DNA from: Chiloscyllium plagiosum
Lineage: Eukaryota
Reading direction: 5' to 3'
NCBI RefSeq assembly: GCF_004010195.1
Contig: NC_057718.1
Location: 75,736,275-75,800,274, forward strand
DNA: 64,000 nucleotides
The notes below the pieces were generated by a model that did no database searches, had not been told where the DNA came from, and saw only the letters and a list, made by a program, of their open reading frames with translations. Position numbers and translations under genes: made by a program. Positions 51,941-64,000 of this stretch are shown in pieces (positions within the stretch are counted from its first letter, which is position 1; each line of letters opens with the position of its first letter).

Positions 51941-53594
51941 GAAGACCAACATCTCATCTTCATTCTAGGCTCTGTACAGCCTTCTGGACTTAATATTGAC
52001 TTCAGCTCCTTTAAATTGTGAACCGACTGCCATTTCTTTTAACTTGTTATCATGTCCTCCCCTCCCCCCACCCATTCCACTTAATGTCCTTTCAAATCTG
52101 GCAGGAGACACATCATTGTCAGCCATTCTCACAATCTGATCACTTAATCTGGACTAGCGATATCTTTTCTCCATCAGTCCCCTACACCCTTTACCCACAC
52201 ACTACCCCTCCTCAAACTATTGCATCAATACTGTCCCCTCCACACTTCATTTCAGCTCTGATGAAGAGCCATCTGGACTCAAAACATTAGCTTGCTCTCT
52301 CTCTATGGATGCTGTGATCTCCAGCATTTGTTGTTTTCAGTATTTTTTCCAGCATCTGCAGGAATTTGATCCTTACACCCAGTTCAGAAACAATATTTCC
52401 ATCTTTTATGAAAGCTGCTAACTGTTTTTATTATCTCAACAAATGTCTCTCTTGATCTCCCCATCCTACTCCTCTCCCACAAATGTAACAACCTCAATTC
52501 AGATACTCAACTTGAGGGGGCTAGACTATTAAAACTCATGAAAATTTAATCCAACAGTAACCCATATTTTACAATAAGAAAATTTGTAGAATATGCCAGC
52601 TTTTATGTTTTCAAATGCATAAGATGCAACTGTTTTGTTTTACAAACCAAGTATAAAACTGTGGTCTGATTCCTCGAACTCACAATGGCAGCTGTGCCAT
52701 TATCATGCCATTGATTAGTCCAGAGACGTGAGATGACGATCCGCAGATTTTGGGGTAACCTAAAAATGTTTAGATCTAATGTGTTGCATTTTAGAATGTG
52801 GATGCTTACCACAGTATCAGATTCCCTTATCCATTATGTTAATATGAGCAGTAATAACTGAAATAATGCCTCATTCATATATATATAATGTGATCCAGAA
52901 GGCAAAGTGTGAGTAAAGATTTAATAATTACCTTTTAATATGATATTGCCCATCCCTCAACCCTACTCACACCTAATTGGTACATTTTGGCAAGACGAGA
53001 GATAACCTTGGAGAAGTCTTAGATGATCCAGGTGATATTCAACTCTTCAAGTAGATTTAATTCCAATTCAGGATGCTGTGTGGTTTGGGGAGGATGGTGT
53101 TGCCACGTATCTTTCACTTTCTGGATGACAGAAGTCATAATTTTGGAAGGTGCTACCAAAGGAACCTTGGTGAATTGCTGTTAAGTGTCTTATAGGTTGC
53201 ACACAATGCTGCCGCTGCATCAGTGGTGAAGGGAGTGAATGTTGAAGGTGGGTGATGGGGTGCTAGTCAAGTGGGCTTATCACTGGACTAGTAATCCAGA
53301 GTCCAGGTCCTGGGACATAGGTGCAAATTCCAGAGCAGCAAGTGGATTTTGAATTCAATGATTAAACCTGCTAATACCATTGACAATGGTCATGATGATG
53401 ATCATCAATTGACATAATACCTATCTGGATTAGCTCTATATTTTAGGGATGTAAATCTGCTTTCCTTACCCATAAAGACTACATTTGACACCAGAGCTGC
53501 AGCAGTGTAGTTGATTCTTAGAAACCTGCTAAAATGGCCTTGCAAGCCACTCAGTTCAAAGGCTTCTGGCATGAGCAACAGTATTGCCCACATT

Positions 53595-54610
53595 TATAGA
53601 GATGTACAGTATGGAAACAGACCCTTCAGTCCAACCCGTCCATGCCGACCAGTTATCCCAACCCAATCTAGTCCCCCCTGCCAGCACCCGGCCCATATCC
53701 CTCCAAACCCTTCCTATTCATATACCCATCCAAATGCCTCTTAAATATTTCAATTGTACCAGCCTCCACTACTTCCTCTGGCAGCTCATTCCATACATGT
53801 ACATGCTGTGTGAAAAAGTTGCCCCATAGGTCTCTTTTATATCTTTCCCCTCTCACCCTAAATCTATGCCCTCTAGTTCTGGACTCCCCGACACCAGGGA
53901 AAAGACTTTGCCTATTTACCCTATCCATGCCCCTCATAATTTTGTAAACCTCTATAAGGTCACCCCTCAGCCTCCGACGCTCCAGGGAAAACAGCCCCAG
54001 CATATTCAGCCTCTCCCTATAGCTCAAATCCTCCAACCCTGGCAAATCCTTGTAAATCTTTTCTGAATTCTTTCAAGTTTCACAACTTCTTTCCGATAGG
54101 AAGGAGACCAGAATTGCATGCAATATTCCAACAGTGGCCTAACCAATGTCTTGTACAGCTGCAACATGACCTCCCAACTTCTGTACTCAAAATCCTGATC
54201 AATAAAGGAAAGCATACCAAATGCCGCCTTCACTATCCTATCTACCTGCAACTCCACTTTCAAGGAGCTATGGACCTGCACTCCAAGGTCTCTTTGTTCA
54301 GCAACACTCCATGGGACCTTATCATTAAGTGTATGCTTCCTGCTAAGATTTGCTTTCCCAAAATGCAGCACCTCGCACTTATCTGAATTAAACTCCACCT
54401 GCCACTTCTCAGCCCATTGGCCCAACTGGTCAAAATCCTGTTGTAATCTGAGGGAGCCCTCTTCGCTGTCCACTACACCTCCAATTTTGGTGTCATCTGC
54501 AAACTTACTAACTATACCTCTTATGCTCGCATCCAAATCCTTTATGTAAATGACAAAAAATAGAGGACCCAGCACCGATCCTTGTGGCACTCCACTGGTC
54601 ACAGGCCTCC
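53595..54610 (-). mobile_element. Relatively young CR1 LINE (RT to 3' end)
   Basis: TSGVPQGSVLGPLFFVIYIKDLD...SKFADDTKIGG; RRLRGDLIEVYKIMRG. Confidence 0.95.
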
Positions 54611-55739
54611 GCTACCAGAATTAGTACCTGAGCCCTCACCATTTACTCTGACATAGTTATGGCTGTTTATCATTTAAACTTCTTAAAAAATATATAAATC
54701 TTTACCATTCCATGGAGAAGGAAAAGCAAACCATTCAGAAATCAAACGAATTAATGTTATCAGAATTTGATGATTATTTTATTAATATTCATTCCAGTAA
54801 TGTGGGTGTTGCTGATGAGACTAGCATTTGTTATCCATCCTAAATGCCCTTAAGAAGGTCATGGTGAGCTGCTTTCTTGAACTGTTGGATGTTCAGTGGG
54901 TAGGAGTGGAACTTTCAGGTGGTTGTGATCTCATGTTTCTGTTCCTTTATCCTTCAAGATGGTAGTGCTAGTGGATTTGGAAGATACAGTCTAAGGAGCC
55001 TTGGTGAATTTTTGTAGTACATCTTGATTCTAATACATACTGCTACCACTGTGCATGGATGGTGAAGGGAATGAATGTTTGTGGATTCAATGCCAATCAA
55101 ATTGGATGTTTTGTCCTGGATGGTGTTGAGCTTCTTGAGTGTTGTTGGAGCTGCAGTCATCCAGGTTTCTTTATGCCTTGTAGATAGTGAACAGGATTTG
55201 ATGATAGAGGAGGTGAGTTGCTAACAAAAGCATTCCTAACCTCTGACCTGTTCTTGCAGTAACTAAAGTAATATGGCCAGTCCAGCTCCCTTTCTGGTCA
55301 ATGGTAACATATAGGGATGTGATAATGGAGTGCTCAGCAATGATAATGCCACTGAAAGTCAAGGAGCAATTGGTAGATTCTGTTTATAGAACAGTCATTG
55401 TCTGCTACGTGTGTGGCACACATGCCTCTTGCCATCCAAGCCTAGCTGTTGACCAGATCTTCCTGCATTTTGACATGGACTTCTTCAAAATCTGATGAAT
55501 TGCAAATGGTGCTAAAGACTGTGCAGTCATCAGTGAACAACCCCAATGCTGACCTTATGATGGAGGTAAGGTCATTGATAAAGCCCCTGAAGATGGTTGG
55601 GTCTGAAATAATACCCTGAAGCTGAATGACTGACCTCCGACAAACACAATCATCTTTCTTTATGCTAGGTATGACTCCAACTCATGACACATTTTACCCC
55701 TAATTGCCATTGCCTCCAGCTTTGTTCGTAAGACATCAA

Positions 55740-56615
55740 TAATAGATTAGAGCCTACTCCACTATTTAATACGATCATGGCTGATATGATACTCTTCAGA
55801 TCAAATTTCCTGTTCTTTCCCCATAACCCTTGATTCCCCTACTGATCAACAATGAATCTAACTCAGCCTTGAATATACACAAGGATTCTGCCCCCACCGC
55901 TCTCTGTGGCAAGGAGTTCCAAAGACTCTCAAGCTTCAGAAAACTTTTTTTCTCATCTTAATCTTAAATTGGTGCCCCTTAATTTTGAGGCTATGTCCTC
56001 AGTTTTCTCATGAGTGGAACATCCTCTAACATTTATTGTGTAAAGCCCCTTACTGACCTATAGGCTTCCATGAGATCACTACTTATTCTTCCAAATTCCA
56101 ATGGGTAGAGTCCCAATCTGTTTAACCTTAGCTCATAAGACAATCTATCCATATTGGGAACATTCTTTTTGAACCTTCTCTGAACTGCCTCCAGTGAAAT
56201 TATATCCTTTCTTAAATAAGGGGACCAAAATTGCTCATAGTACTCCAAGTGTTGTCTCACCAGCACCTTTGACTTCCCTACTCTTCTAAAAAGGACCAAC
56301 ATTCCATTAGCCTTCTTAATTAGATGCTGTGCCTGTGTACTAGCTTTCTGTGTTTTGTGTACAAACACCCCAAGTCCCTTCGTGTTGCAGTTTTTCTCCA
56401 TTTGAATAATACTGTTGTTTTGATCTCCCTTCCAAAATGAACAATTTCACATTTTCTCACATTATACACCTTTTGCCAACATTTTACCCACATACTCAAC
56501 CTATCGCTATCTCTCTGTAAGTTGTTTATATCCTTCTTGCAAACCTGCCTTTTCAACTATTTTTGTGTCATCTACAAACACTTGGTTACCATACATTCAC
56601 TTTCTCCCTCTAAGT
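55740..56615 (-). mobile_element. CR1 LINE remnant
   Basis: LVRQHLEYYEQFWSPYLRKDIISLEAVQRRF. Confidence 0.85.
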
Positions 56616-56945
56616 CAAACTGCTAGGGTTTTTTAATGCCACGCTTGCTGCCTAATCTATTAGTTGCTGCTTTGTTTGGCATGCAAAAGAAATTGAAATG
56701 AAGTCAATGCACTATTTACAGAGTGAACATTTTAATCTAACACAAATTGGATAATTGTGTATTTCAGTTCTTCATCAAATTCTAGTTTATAAATAAAATA
56801 TTTTGCAATGATAAAATGAATCACATTAATAAAGCATTGGTATTCCCTGTTCCTACAACATGTTAGATACTAACCTCAAATTCTGCATTCAACATGATTG
56901 AATTATTGATGCAATAGAATTTTGTTCTGTGTTTTATTTGCATAG

Positions 56946-57029
56946 GTCACTGGAGTTCCTTTCAAAGCCTGGTCTGACAAGTTAGCATTGAAAAGCACGC
57001 AATCTGAAAATTTTCCACAACCCAGAGAG
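56946..57029 (+). CDS. impg1: Candidate downstream cytoplasmic exon (VTGVPFKAWSDKLALKSTQSENFPQPRE)
   Basis: gttttatttgcatag acceptor, GAG|gtgagc donor, 84 nt open in phase 0, in non-repeat sequence. Protein similarity to IMPG2 is weak. Confidence 0.5.
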
Positions 57030-58084
57030 GTGAGCTTTGAAAAGAAAACATGTTTTTAGATAAGTCTATTTCAATTTATAAACTGTTACCTTTGAATTTC
57101 CACCTCAGGGTGAAAAGGGTTTAAAAGTAGGCATCCAAATGAGAGTAAAGATGTGATAATAGATTGTACTAGGTAAATGTTAGGCCATATTGGAAGTATT
57201 GTTATTAGTTTTGGGTAATCAATAAAAGAAAAGATGTTAAAACCATACATTTGTAAATGGCGTAGATTCACCAGGATGATACCAGGGATGGGACTTTACA
57301 AGCATAAAAAAAATTTAAGCTACAAGAACAATAGCCATCAGAGTAGTAAGGGTTTAATAGACATTTAATTTAAATCTTTTGCATTAGAACTGGCCTTGAT
57401 AGGTTGGTTAGGATAAGACTTAAGGTGAAGTATTATATAAAGTTGAACAGGTTGGTTAGAATAAGACTTAAGATGAAATATTGGATAAGGACTGAAAATG
57501 ATTTTGACGTACACTCGAACTCACTCTGATTCATTCTGATGCAAGCAGGCTGTGAACTTTATACTGTCTTCTTATTTACTTTCAGCATTTTCAAGACTTC
57601 ATGATATTAGTAGTACTAAACATGCAGTTGGGGTCTGCATTCCTGAGTGGTGTTTTAAATATCTCAAGTTCAAGTAAATATGTACCAATTGAAGTAAGAC
57701 TGTACCTTTTAAATGGCTAGAGCAGATGAACTGGAAAAAACACAGCAATGATGCAGAGAATTACACAATCACAGAATTGTAATAGCACAGAAAGAACCAT
57801 TCAGCCAATCATGCCAGCACCATCTCTTCTAACAATCATCATTACCGAGTGCCAATCTCCCACTTCTTCCCGGTACCCTTGTACACTTGCTCTTTCAAAG
57901 TAATTATTCAATGCCCTCTTGAATTCCACACTTGAACCTACCTCCATCAAACTTCTAGATAGTGCATTCCATATCCTGTCTACTCCCTGAGTGAAAAAGA
58001 TTTTTACATTACACTTGCTTCTTTTGCAACATCACTTTCAATCTGGCAGTTGTTCATTTCATGAGCACAGTATGGAAGATAGTG

Positions 58085-58295
58085 AGCTCCAAGGAGCTCC
58101 ATGCAGCACTTGAGCCCTTGGTGCAGGAGGTTAACAGAAAGAGAGAGGTTTTCTATCCACAGATTCCAAGAGATACCCACGCAATTTTGGGGAGGTGATA
58201 GGAACAGGCAACTGTGTAGATCAGTGCCAGAAATGTAAGCTGAGCATTTAAATGCAATGCTAAAAGACATTTGGTGACCTCATGAGTGGCCAAGG
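58085..58295 (+). mobile_element. Harbinger-associated Myb/SANT-like ORF remnant
   Basis: AALEPLVQEVNRKREVFYP...QC*KTFGDLM, with stops and a frameshift. Similar remnant MSEMGKIAPHFSYRDLQVLFDAV at 22281-22350. Confidence 0.55.
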
Positions 58296-60836
58296 TCAAT
58301 AAATGCAACTTAAAATGTCACATTCTACTAACTGCCCCTTTAGCCTCACACATAGTTCAATATTCCAAACCCATCCTCCACCTACCATCAACCTCTATCA
58401 ATCACTCTTCATGCCTAAAGTTAATTTGCTTTACCTCATCCACACACATATAGCATTGTTCCAAGCCTCAACATAGTTCATACCCTGCCAGCTATTCAAT
58501 CACATCATCTAACCATCGTCTAAATACAATGCAGGATAAATGGCACACAACTGACTAAAACCACACCCAGCCAGTCTGCAAAAAAACACAGTTGCTTGTC
58601 CTCACCCTGATGGTGGAGGAGTTAATAGCCATGGTTTGGAGTGACTGTGACCAAGGCTGTGGGCAACAGTGGGTCATAAGAATTAAAGATGATAATGAGA
58701 TAATATGACCATAAGAAATAGGGTCTGGAGAATGGTGCTTGGTCTGTCAAACCTGCTCCACCATTCAATAAGATCATGGTTGATCTGACATTCCTCACAT
58801 CCACTTGCCTGCATTTTCCTCATATCTCTCGATTGCTCTATTAATCAAGAATCTATTTGTCTCACCCTGAAATGTACACAAGGACTGAGTCACAACAGCT
58901 CTCTGTGACAAGGTATTCTAAAGATTCAGAACCCTCAGAGAATAAATTCTTCCTCCATTCAGTTTTAAATCAGCATCCCTTTGTTCTGAGATGCTGCCCT
59001 GTGGCCTTAGACTCTCTAGATGGGATGTCTTATCTAATCCAAAAAAATCCACAAAGAACTGCAGATGCTGGAAATCAGAACCAAAACAGAAATTGCTGAA
59101 AAAAATTCAGCAGGTCTGCCAGCGTCTGTGGAGAGAAGGCAAGGTTAACATTTCAGTCCCACTGAGCCTTCTTCATAATGCTGTGATATTGCCAGACCAG
59201 CTGAGTTTTTTTCAATAATTCCTGTTTTAGTTTATTCTACCTAATCCTTATTTACATATCCCAATTTCCACTTTTGCACAACTTCTTCCAATTATCAAGC
59301 TGCACATATTGCAAACATGCCTCTCTTGTTTTCGCCTCACCCTCTGCTGACCTCAATTCAACACTGTGCTTTTCACCTTTCAGATACCCTAAAATACTAG
59401 ATGCTTAGACAAGTACTGCTGCATGAGCATGAAATGGAAGAATAGAGATTGGTGGCAATGGACCTTAATACTCGTGGCCAACTGCTCAGATACATTGTTT
59501 ATTCTTTAGAATATAAGAACTAGCAGCTGAAGGAACATATTTGCCCCTTCTAGCCTGGTCTTCCACTTAACAAGTTCATGACTGATATTTAACCTTAACT
59601 CCACATCCCCACTGTCACCAAATTTCCTTCTTTCCCTTAATACTAAAACAAATCAACCTCTATCTTGAATAAACTCAATGATTGAGCATCTAACAGAATA
59701 GGGAACAACAAGATTTACAATTCTATGAGTAAAGCGTTTCATCTCAAATTATCAAGCCCGTGACCGTGCACTCTACATTTCCCAGAGGTAACATTTTCTT
59801 AGCTGCCCCTTGAGAAATTTATGTTTCAGTTAGATCCCCTCTCAATTTTCTAAACTCCAAGGAATGTAAACATAATATACTAGTCTTTCTTCATAGAACA
59901 ATCCCATTAAGAATTAAATAAAATAGCCTGCAGCCCTTACCCATTGCATGCTTTCACATGACCCATACATTCCCCATGACCTTTCTATGTCACCCCCTGC
60001 CCCATAGTCCTTTGTAACCCCATGTAAACATAAAGTCATGCCCACTACCCTTTCCCCTTACACCGTCCATGCCAATTACAAAGCCCACACCATAGCCAAT
60101 CCTCAGAAGTTATACTGGGATGTGTTTAAGTAAGTTCTAAGTGACCATTGAAGAATTCACTCTTTAGAAAACACTTGTTGATTTAAAAAAAACTACCTTC
60201 AACTATTTTATCCCTTATAAAAACAAATGTTTGCATTCATAGACCTGCTTAAAAGGCTTTACATAAACACTTGGAGCTGTCAGTCAGTTATGCAACACAA
60301 ATCCTTTTTAATAATCTTCAGGCATATGTCAGTATGAAACAACAAGTACTAATTTTATTTTACACAACAGACAGTTTATTCAAAAATTTGAATTCCAGGA
60401 CATTTAAATGCCTTGACAGCTTAATAATTCCAATGAGTTTAACAATTCCCTTAAAAGCTTTACATTTCTAGTGAGCTTGACAAATCCAATGAGTTGATCC
60501 ACTTTTAATACACATTTATGACTACTTTCAACAATCCCAAAGGGAACCTTGCCTTCCCAAGAACATACTATGTCACTTTACAAGGTGTCCATCAATTTAT
60601 ACAAAAACAAATACTGTTATGACCTTGTTCAGAAGGGTGAACCAATTATTTTCATTGTCCCACAAATAAGTATTAAATTTGAAAATGTGGGTGTAATTAA
60701 CAAGTGATATCAATAATATGACAGAAGTTTTACAGCCTAAAAAGGTGTTATTCAGCCCACTGTGCCTACACCAGCTCTTTTCAAATGAGCATTATTATCT
60801 AATGTCAATGCATTTTCTCCATACAGTTAATATTAT

Positions 60837-61660
60837 TTTTATCCAATAATTGCCCAATGCCCTTTTGAATGCCTCAATTGAACCAGCCTCCACCACACTG
60901 CCTGGCAATGTGTACATATCCTAACTAGTTCCAAAGTGAAAAGATTTTTTCTCATAGATCATTGTTTCTTTTGTAAATCACTTTAAATCTATGTCTTCTC
61001 ATTCTTGTTTCTTTTAAAAGCAGTAACAGTTTCTTCCTCTCTCCTCTATCCAGCCTACTTATGATTTTGAAAACCTTGATCAGAGTTCCTTTTAACCTTC
61101 TTCTCTCTCAGGGAAACAATTCCAGTTTCTTCAACCTATCCTTGTAATTGAAGTTTATCATGTCTGGAATGATTCTTATAAATTGCTTGTGTGCTCTGTC
61201 TAATGCATTGACATCTTTCCTGTAATATGACACCTAGAAATGTACACAGTACAGTTGAGATCTAACAACTGCCTTGTAGCTGTATATAGTTCCAATATCA
61301 GACACAACTTAGCCAGGCTCCTCAAGTCAATTGATATTTTTTTTAAAATTATTCAAGTGAAGGTGCAAATATTCCTAATGTTTCCCTGAGAGAGAAGAAG
61401 GTTAAAAGGAACTCTGATCAAGGTTTTCAAAATCATAAGTAGGCTGGATAGAGGAGATAGGAAGAAACTGTTACTGCTTTTAAAAGAAACAAGAATGAGA
61501 AGACATAGATTTAAAGTGATTTGCAAAAGAAACAACGATCTATGAGAAAAAATCTTTTCACTTTGGAACTAGTTAGGATATGTATACATTGCCAGGCAGT
61601 GTGGTGGAGGCTGGTTCAATTGAGGCATTCAAAAGGGCATTGGGCAATTATTGGATAAAA
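60837..61660. repeat. 282-bp near-perfect inverted repeat of a CR1 3' fragment (arms 60837-61118 and 61379-61660)
   Basis: Arms are reverse complements with about 4 mismatches by eye; 260-bp spacer. Confidence 0.95.
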
Positions 61661-62366
61661 TGTGCACATATTGCATACCCACACAAAAAATAGCAAAGTG
61701 TTATCTTAGAAGTATTTTGGCCAGGCAACAAATCAGTTCAGAGACTTATTCATAGATTGTCTCAAATGTTGTTAGGTAGCCAAACCACTTTCCACACAAG
61801 ATTTTAGCATTGGGTTTCTTTTTGGATCAGGTATGGATCAATAAGTTCTTTTTTTCTGGAGACAGTAGTATAGATTTAGACTTCTCCTTTGAGAACCCTC
61901 CTCGAGAGTTGTTAATGTCTTCCAATGGCTGTTCAATCCATAAAGTATGTTGAGAGGATTTGCCAGAGAAAGAGAGAGAGGGAGGGCAAAGGCTTGATGA
62001 ACCCATGGCAATCCTCCAAATGTCTGTGTTCAAAACCAATACTTTTTCCCCCACAAGCTGAGTCATGTGATCTTCTCTAAGCATGTTGCAGACTCAGTCT
62101 CCATCCAAGTAGTTTGCTCTTAACAAAATATAAAATTGTTGCTGTTGCAGTTCATGTCTTTTGCTTTGCAAAGTTTTCTTTTCAAGATAACTTCACAATA
62201 TATATCTAACCAATGACGTTATAAATGAATATTTTAGGCAGTAGATTTCATAATAGTACCATATCTCAATAAATAACTTTAGCAGCTTTAGACCTTCACC
62301 CAAAAACTGTAAACCCAAAAATCATGTTTTGTACTTCCCACTAGTGAAAACTGGAAGGCAGTAACA

Positions 62367-62653
62367 GGGCAGCGCGGTGGCTCAGTGGTTAGCACTGCTG
62401 CCTCACAGGGACCCAGGTTCAAGTCCCACCTCGAACACCTGTCTGTGTGGAGTTTGCACATTCTTCTGTATCTGTGTGGGTTTCCTCCCACAATCCAAAG
62501 ATGTGCAGGTCAGGTGAATTGGCAATGCTAAATTGCCCATAGTGTTAGGTGCTTTAGTCAGGGGTAAATATAGGGTTGGGGAATGGGTAACTCTTCGGAG
62601 GGTCGGTGTGACTGAAGGGCCTGTTCCCATACTGTAGGGGATCTAATCTAATC
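62367..62653 (+). mobile_element. HE1-like SINE
   Basis: gggcagcgcggtggctcagtggttagc...ggttcaagtcc; (ATCTA)n tail. Confidence 0.9.
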
Positions 62654-63877
62654 ATTTTAACATGTACAGCTGCCTTCTCGAATCATGGATATGCAGAATA
62701 CAACTCAACCCATTCCACCCTTCTCCTCCCACTCTTTCCCGCCTTCTGATTGTAAATGGTGGCTGCCAGGACCTCTGGATCAGGGCTCCAACACCATTTC
62801 AGCCACACTCTCTGTGAAACAAAATTATAAAACTCCAGGTCAGCAAGTTTGTTATACACCTTGGCCTTTCCATCATTTCCCAGTTCTTATTTCTCCACCT
62901 ATATTGGGCGCATGTTTACTTTCACTAATGTCTTATTTATATATGAATAGAAATATTAACAATGTCATTTTACATCTATTACTCACTTACTTTCATATTC
63001 TGTTTCCTGATTCTGCTTTACTGAATTCTAAATTCTCCTAATATTCAGGCATACTGCACGTTTTTACAACATTACAAGCCTTTTGATGTGATATATATTT
63101 AATTCCTCTTGTGGGCCTGCTTGGTACATTATTTGTGCCTTAAAAGATTGCATACTTGTTGTAAATTATGCATTAAACCTTTCAATACCATTTCTTTCCC
63201 ACCATCATAGATTTTAATGTAGTCTCAAGAACTACTGGAATCAACTGGCCTATTAAACATAAAAAGGGAGCAGGAATAGCTCATTGCATCTTGAGTTTGG
63301 TCTATCATTCAGTAAAATCATGATTGATTTGACTATGGCCTGAACTTCACTTTCTTGCCCACTTCTCATAACATTTGACTCCCTTGTCAAACCCTGGCTT
63401 CAGTCTTAACTAAATAACATTCAAACTCAAAATAAGATGCTATGTCATATTATGGTCACTCTTTCCTAGAAGCTTCTTTACTAAACAGTTATTAATTAAC
63501 TCTTTTTCCATTGTACAACTTGGTATATACCATGCATCATCCTCCCCACTATTACTTTGAATTTAGTTTGCCCAGCTTATTTGAAAGTTGAAATCCTCTA
63601 TTATCACTATAATGTTTTTGTTGTACTCTTCAAATTCAAATTCTACACTTTAACTACTATCAAACTTCCTTTAAGCAACACCTACTAATGCCTTCTGCAT
63701 CTAGATTTAATAGTTTTGTCCTTTATATTTGGGGGGGGGGGGGGTCATGTCTACATTAAGCCCATAGAATCTTAGATTTGAATACTTCCTGATGATTGTC
63801 ACTGACTTTCCCTCATGTATCTGTATCCGGCCCACTTTTGCCACATCAACTGTCAGCTTTGCACAGCTTGCCACAGT

Positions 63878-63971
63878 GGTGCTGGAAAAGCACATCAGGT
63901 CAGGTAGCATCCGAGGAGCAGGAAAATAGATGTTTTGGGCAAGAGCCCTTCATCAGGAAGGGCTCCTGCTC
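63878..63971 (-). mobile_element. Truncated Penelope pLTR piece with decayed hammerhead
   Basis: Reverse complement CTGATGAAGGGCTCTTGCCCAAAACATC. Confidence 0.75.
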
Positions 63972-64000
63972 TTCATTTTCTAAGACTAATCTTCATTTTC

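Larger units (their letters stand above)
49134..52372 (+). mobile_element. Penelope-like element with inverted 5' arm (49134-49985 minus; 49990-52372 plus)
   Basis: ELVLSLNNFSFNSSHFCQVKGVAMGSHMGPSCACLF and LFSRYMNNCFG (decayed RYIDD); KLKEQHLIFRRGSLQPSGLSIEF on the minus arm; hammerhead at 52258. Confidence 0.88.

Noticed and set aside
53668..54602. Long RT ORFs as an active LINE
   Set aside because: 5'-truncated to about 1 kb, frameshifted, no endonuclease or ORF1.
57586..57720. Possible further or terminal exon after acceptor cttatttactttcag (HFQDFMILVV...)
   Set aside because: Good acceptor and open in phase 0, but no recognisable homology. The stop-containing exon of the gene could not be identified.
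1..64000. CRISPR arrays or prokaryotic systems
   Set aside because: No regularly spaced repeats or operon-like gene density; the sequence is intron-rich vertebrate DNA.

Overview
Vertebrate genomic DNA, most likely a cartilaginous fish (inferred from HE1-type tRNA SINEs, abundant CR1 LINEs and Penelope remnants). The window holds the 3' two-thirds of a + strand interphotoreceptor matrix proteoglycan gene. I reconstructed 10-11 phase-consistent GT-AG exons: end of SEA1, a 39-nt microexon, an acidic mucin region, SEA2, two EGF-like repeats, a transmembrane helix and a cytoplasmic tail. The SEA sequences are IMPG1-like, yet the gene keeps the IMPG2-type second EGF, TM helix and tail that mammalian IMPG1 lacks. 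The introns are full of transposon remnants (CR1, Rex1/Babar, Tx1, Penelope, Harbinger, SINEs, a solo LTR). The most striking non-coding signal is a set of about 200-260 bp fold-back, Penelope-derived mini-elements carrying minimal hammerhead-ribozyme cores (CUGAnGA...GAAA), often on both strands, three of them with 15-16 bp target-site duplications. There is also a near-perfect 282-bp inverted repeat and several nested-insertion snapshots. All homology calls come from reading and recall of the families; no searches were run. Repeat boundaries are approximate.
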